Below are positions 21,428 through 24,947 of a stretch of DNA of 24,947 nt, piece after piece; position 1 is the first letter of the stretch; the number at the start of each line of letters is the position of its first letter. Origin of the DNA: Alphaproteobacteria bacterium. Lineage in GTDB: Bacteria > Pseudomonadota > Alphaproteobacteria > UBA6615. The stretch covers positions 1 to 24,947 of the forward strand of contig CBDHEC010000041.1 of NCBI GenBank assembly GCA_965261975.1, read 5' to 3'. The position numbers and the translations under genes are program-made. The notes beneath the pieces are model-generated. The model was not told the origin of the DNA. It saw nothing but the letters and a program-made list of their open reading frames with translations, and made no database searches.

Positions 21428-22355
21428 TGCTCGCCCCCCGCTGTCTCGCCGATGCGTTCCAGTTCCCAGGTCAGTTCGACACCGGTCGTTTCGCGGACCC
21501 GCCGGCGAACTTCCTCGCCGAGGCCCTCTATGTCGGCTGCCGTCGCACCGCCGGTGTTGACCAGGAAATTGCAGTGCTTTTCCGACACCTGGGCGCCGCC
21601 GAGCTTCAGCCCGCGGCATCCCGCGCGGTCAATGAGTTCCCAGGCTTTGTGGCCGTTCGGGTTCTTGAAGGTGCTGCCGCCGGTGCGGGTCCGGATCGGC
21701 TGAGTTTCCTCGCGGGATTCCTGGACCAGGTCCATCGCCCGGCTGATCTCGTCCTTGTTGCCCCACACGCCGTCCATGACACAGCCGACGAAGATCCAGT
21801 CGCACGGTATGGCGGAACCACGATAGCGCGGCCCCCAATCCTCGGGAGTCAGCACACGGATATCGCCATCGGGCGTGAGCACCGTGGCCTCTTGCACCAC
21901 ATCCTTGAACTCGCGGCCATAGGCGCCCGCGTTCATGCGCAGGCCGCCGCCGATCGTGCCGGGGATGCCGGCCATGAACTCGAAGCCCGCGATGCCGGCG
22001 TCGCGCGTGGCCTTGGCCACGTTGTAGTCCAGCGCCATCGCACCGGCCTGAACCGACACGCCATCGGTACGGATGGTCGAGAAGGGGCGTCCCAGGCGAA
22101 TCACCACGCCCGGCACACCGCCGTCGCGGATCAGCAGGTTCGAGCCCGCGCCCAGGATCGTCACCGGGACGTCATCGGGTTTGGCTGCCAGGAAATTGGC
22201 AAGGTCCGTGACATCGGCCGGCCGGAACAATATTTCGGCCGGGCCGCCGACGCGGAACCACGTATAGCGGGCAATGGCGCCGGCGGGCTCGTATCGCCCG
22301 CGCACGGCGGGAAGCCTGTCGAGCAGTGAGGGGGTGCGTGAAATGGCCGCCATGG

Positions 22356-22359
<4 letters not shown>
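21424..22359 (-). CDS. murB: UDP-N-acetylenolpyruvoylglucosamine reductase
   Basis: 311 aa. Motifs [55 protein letters not shown]. Confidence 0.96.
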
Positions 22360-23782
<1,423 letters not shown>

Positions 23783-23786
<4 letters not shown>

Positions 23787-24940
23787 TCGGCCGCCTCCCG
23801 AATGTCAGTCGGGCTGCCATCCATGCCGTTGCCGTTGGCCGGGATGAGATGTTCCACCAGGTCTGCCAGCCGGTCGGCGGCGTCCGGGTGACCGAGCGCG
23901 CGTGCGGCCGCGGCGACCCGTGCCAGTGCGTCGGCTGATTCCAGAGCGGCCTCCAGCCATCCCGCCATTGCGGCCGGGGTGAATTCGTTCTGCGCCATGA
24001 CCCAACCGGCCCCCGCCGCTTCGACTGCACGTGCGTTGGCCATCTGGTGGCCATCAATGGCGTGGGGGTAGGGCACATAAAGCGCCGGTCGCCCGGCGGT
24101 CGTGAGTTCGGACACGGTGGATGCGCCGGCGCGACCCACGACAAGATGGGCCGCGGCCAGGCGCGAGGGCATGTCGTCGAAGAAGGTTTCCAGCTCCACC
24201 GGCATGTTCAAAGCCGCATAGGTGGCCCGGACCTCGTCGATATCTTCGGCCCGGCACTGCTGCGCGAGACGGAACCGGGCTCGCTGAGGCGGGGTCAAGG
24301 ATTTGAAGGCTGCGGGTGCAATCTTCGAGAAGACCTGCGCGCCCTGGCTGCCGCCCACGATCAGGAGATCGATCACGCCGCTCGGCGGGGTGTAGGGACG
24401 GGCGGCAAGGGCCGCGATTTCCGGGCGGACCGGGTTGCCAACGACCGTGGCCCGGGCATGGCCTGCGGATTTGAGACGCTGTGTCTGGGCGAAGCTCAAC
24501 GCAAAGGCCTTGGCGCCGCGGGCCAGCCGCCTGTTGGCGCGGCCAAGCACGGCGTTCTGTTCGTGGATCACGGTTGGCAGCCCGGCCAGGCCGGCGGCGA
24601 GAATAGGTGGCACGCTGGGATAGCCGCCGAACCCGACGGCGATCGAGGGCTTGTACTCACGGATGAGGCGTCGGGATTCGAAGAACCCCTTCACGAGCGC
24701 CTTGACGCCGGCCGCCATGCCCTTCGGGCCGCCGCCCAGGCTGCGGGCCGAAATTGTGTGACGCATCACGGTTTTGGGCAGCCCGAGAACATCGGATGTC
24801 ACAAGGCCGCCGCGCGGGTCAGTAACGAAAAGAATTGAATGCCCGCGTGCGGCAAGCGCGCTGGCGAGCGAGACCGCCGGGAACATGTGGCCGCCGGTGC
24901 CGCCGGCGGCGATCAGAATGGGATGCTGGCGTGTGCTCAT
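23783..24940 (-). CDS. murG: Undecaprenyl-PP-MurNAc-pentapeptide N-acetylglucosamine transferase
   Basis: 385 aa. Motifs [56 protein letters not shown]. Confidence 0.97.
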
Positions 24941-24947
24941 TTAGACG

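Noticed and set aside
21428-21619. 64-aa N-terminal extension of Ddl in the ORF track
   Set aside because: It overlaps murB in another frame. The true start is ATG 21427 with the usual ATGA coupling.
24941-24947. Minus-strand TAA directly before the murG ATG, possibly the ftsW stop
   Set aside because: Only 7 nt are available. It fits dcw gene order but cannot be supported from sequence.

Overview
GC-rich alphaproteobacterial chromosome segment (Rhodospirillales-like, inferred from gene order and FtsZ type), almost fully coding. The right two-thirds is the distal division/cell-wall (dcw) cluster on the minus strand: murG-murC-murB-ddl-ftsQ-ftsA-ftsZ-lpxC-bamD-recN-(EamA/DMT transporter)-ligA. 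The left part is uvrD/pcrA-prmA...aminopeptidase P on the plus strand. Two small accessory gene pairs interrupt it: cupin + GMC oxidoreductase (minus), and a DUF849/BKACE beta-keto-acid cleavage-family protein + a stand-alone salicylyl-CoA 5-hydroxylase-like FAD monooxygenase (plus). I found no rRNA, tRNA, CRISPR, IS or phage elements. There is no clear new multi-gene system. The best candidate for undescribed biology is the BKACE (first Zn-ligand His replaced by Ala) + monooxygenase mini-operon. Other leads are the atypical cupin/GMC pair, divergent promoters sharing one -35 region (probably making pepP leaderless), a DxDxDG Ca-binding-like tail on BamD, and a ~300-aa repetitive FtsZ linker with an internal amphipathic helix. 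All family assignments come from motif recognition, not database searches.
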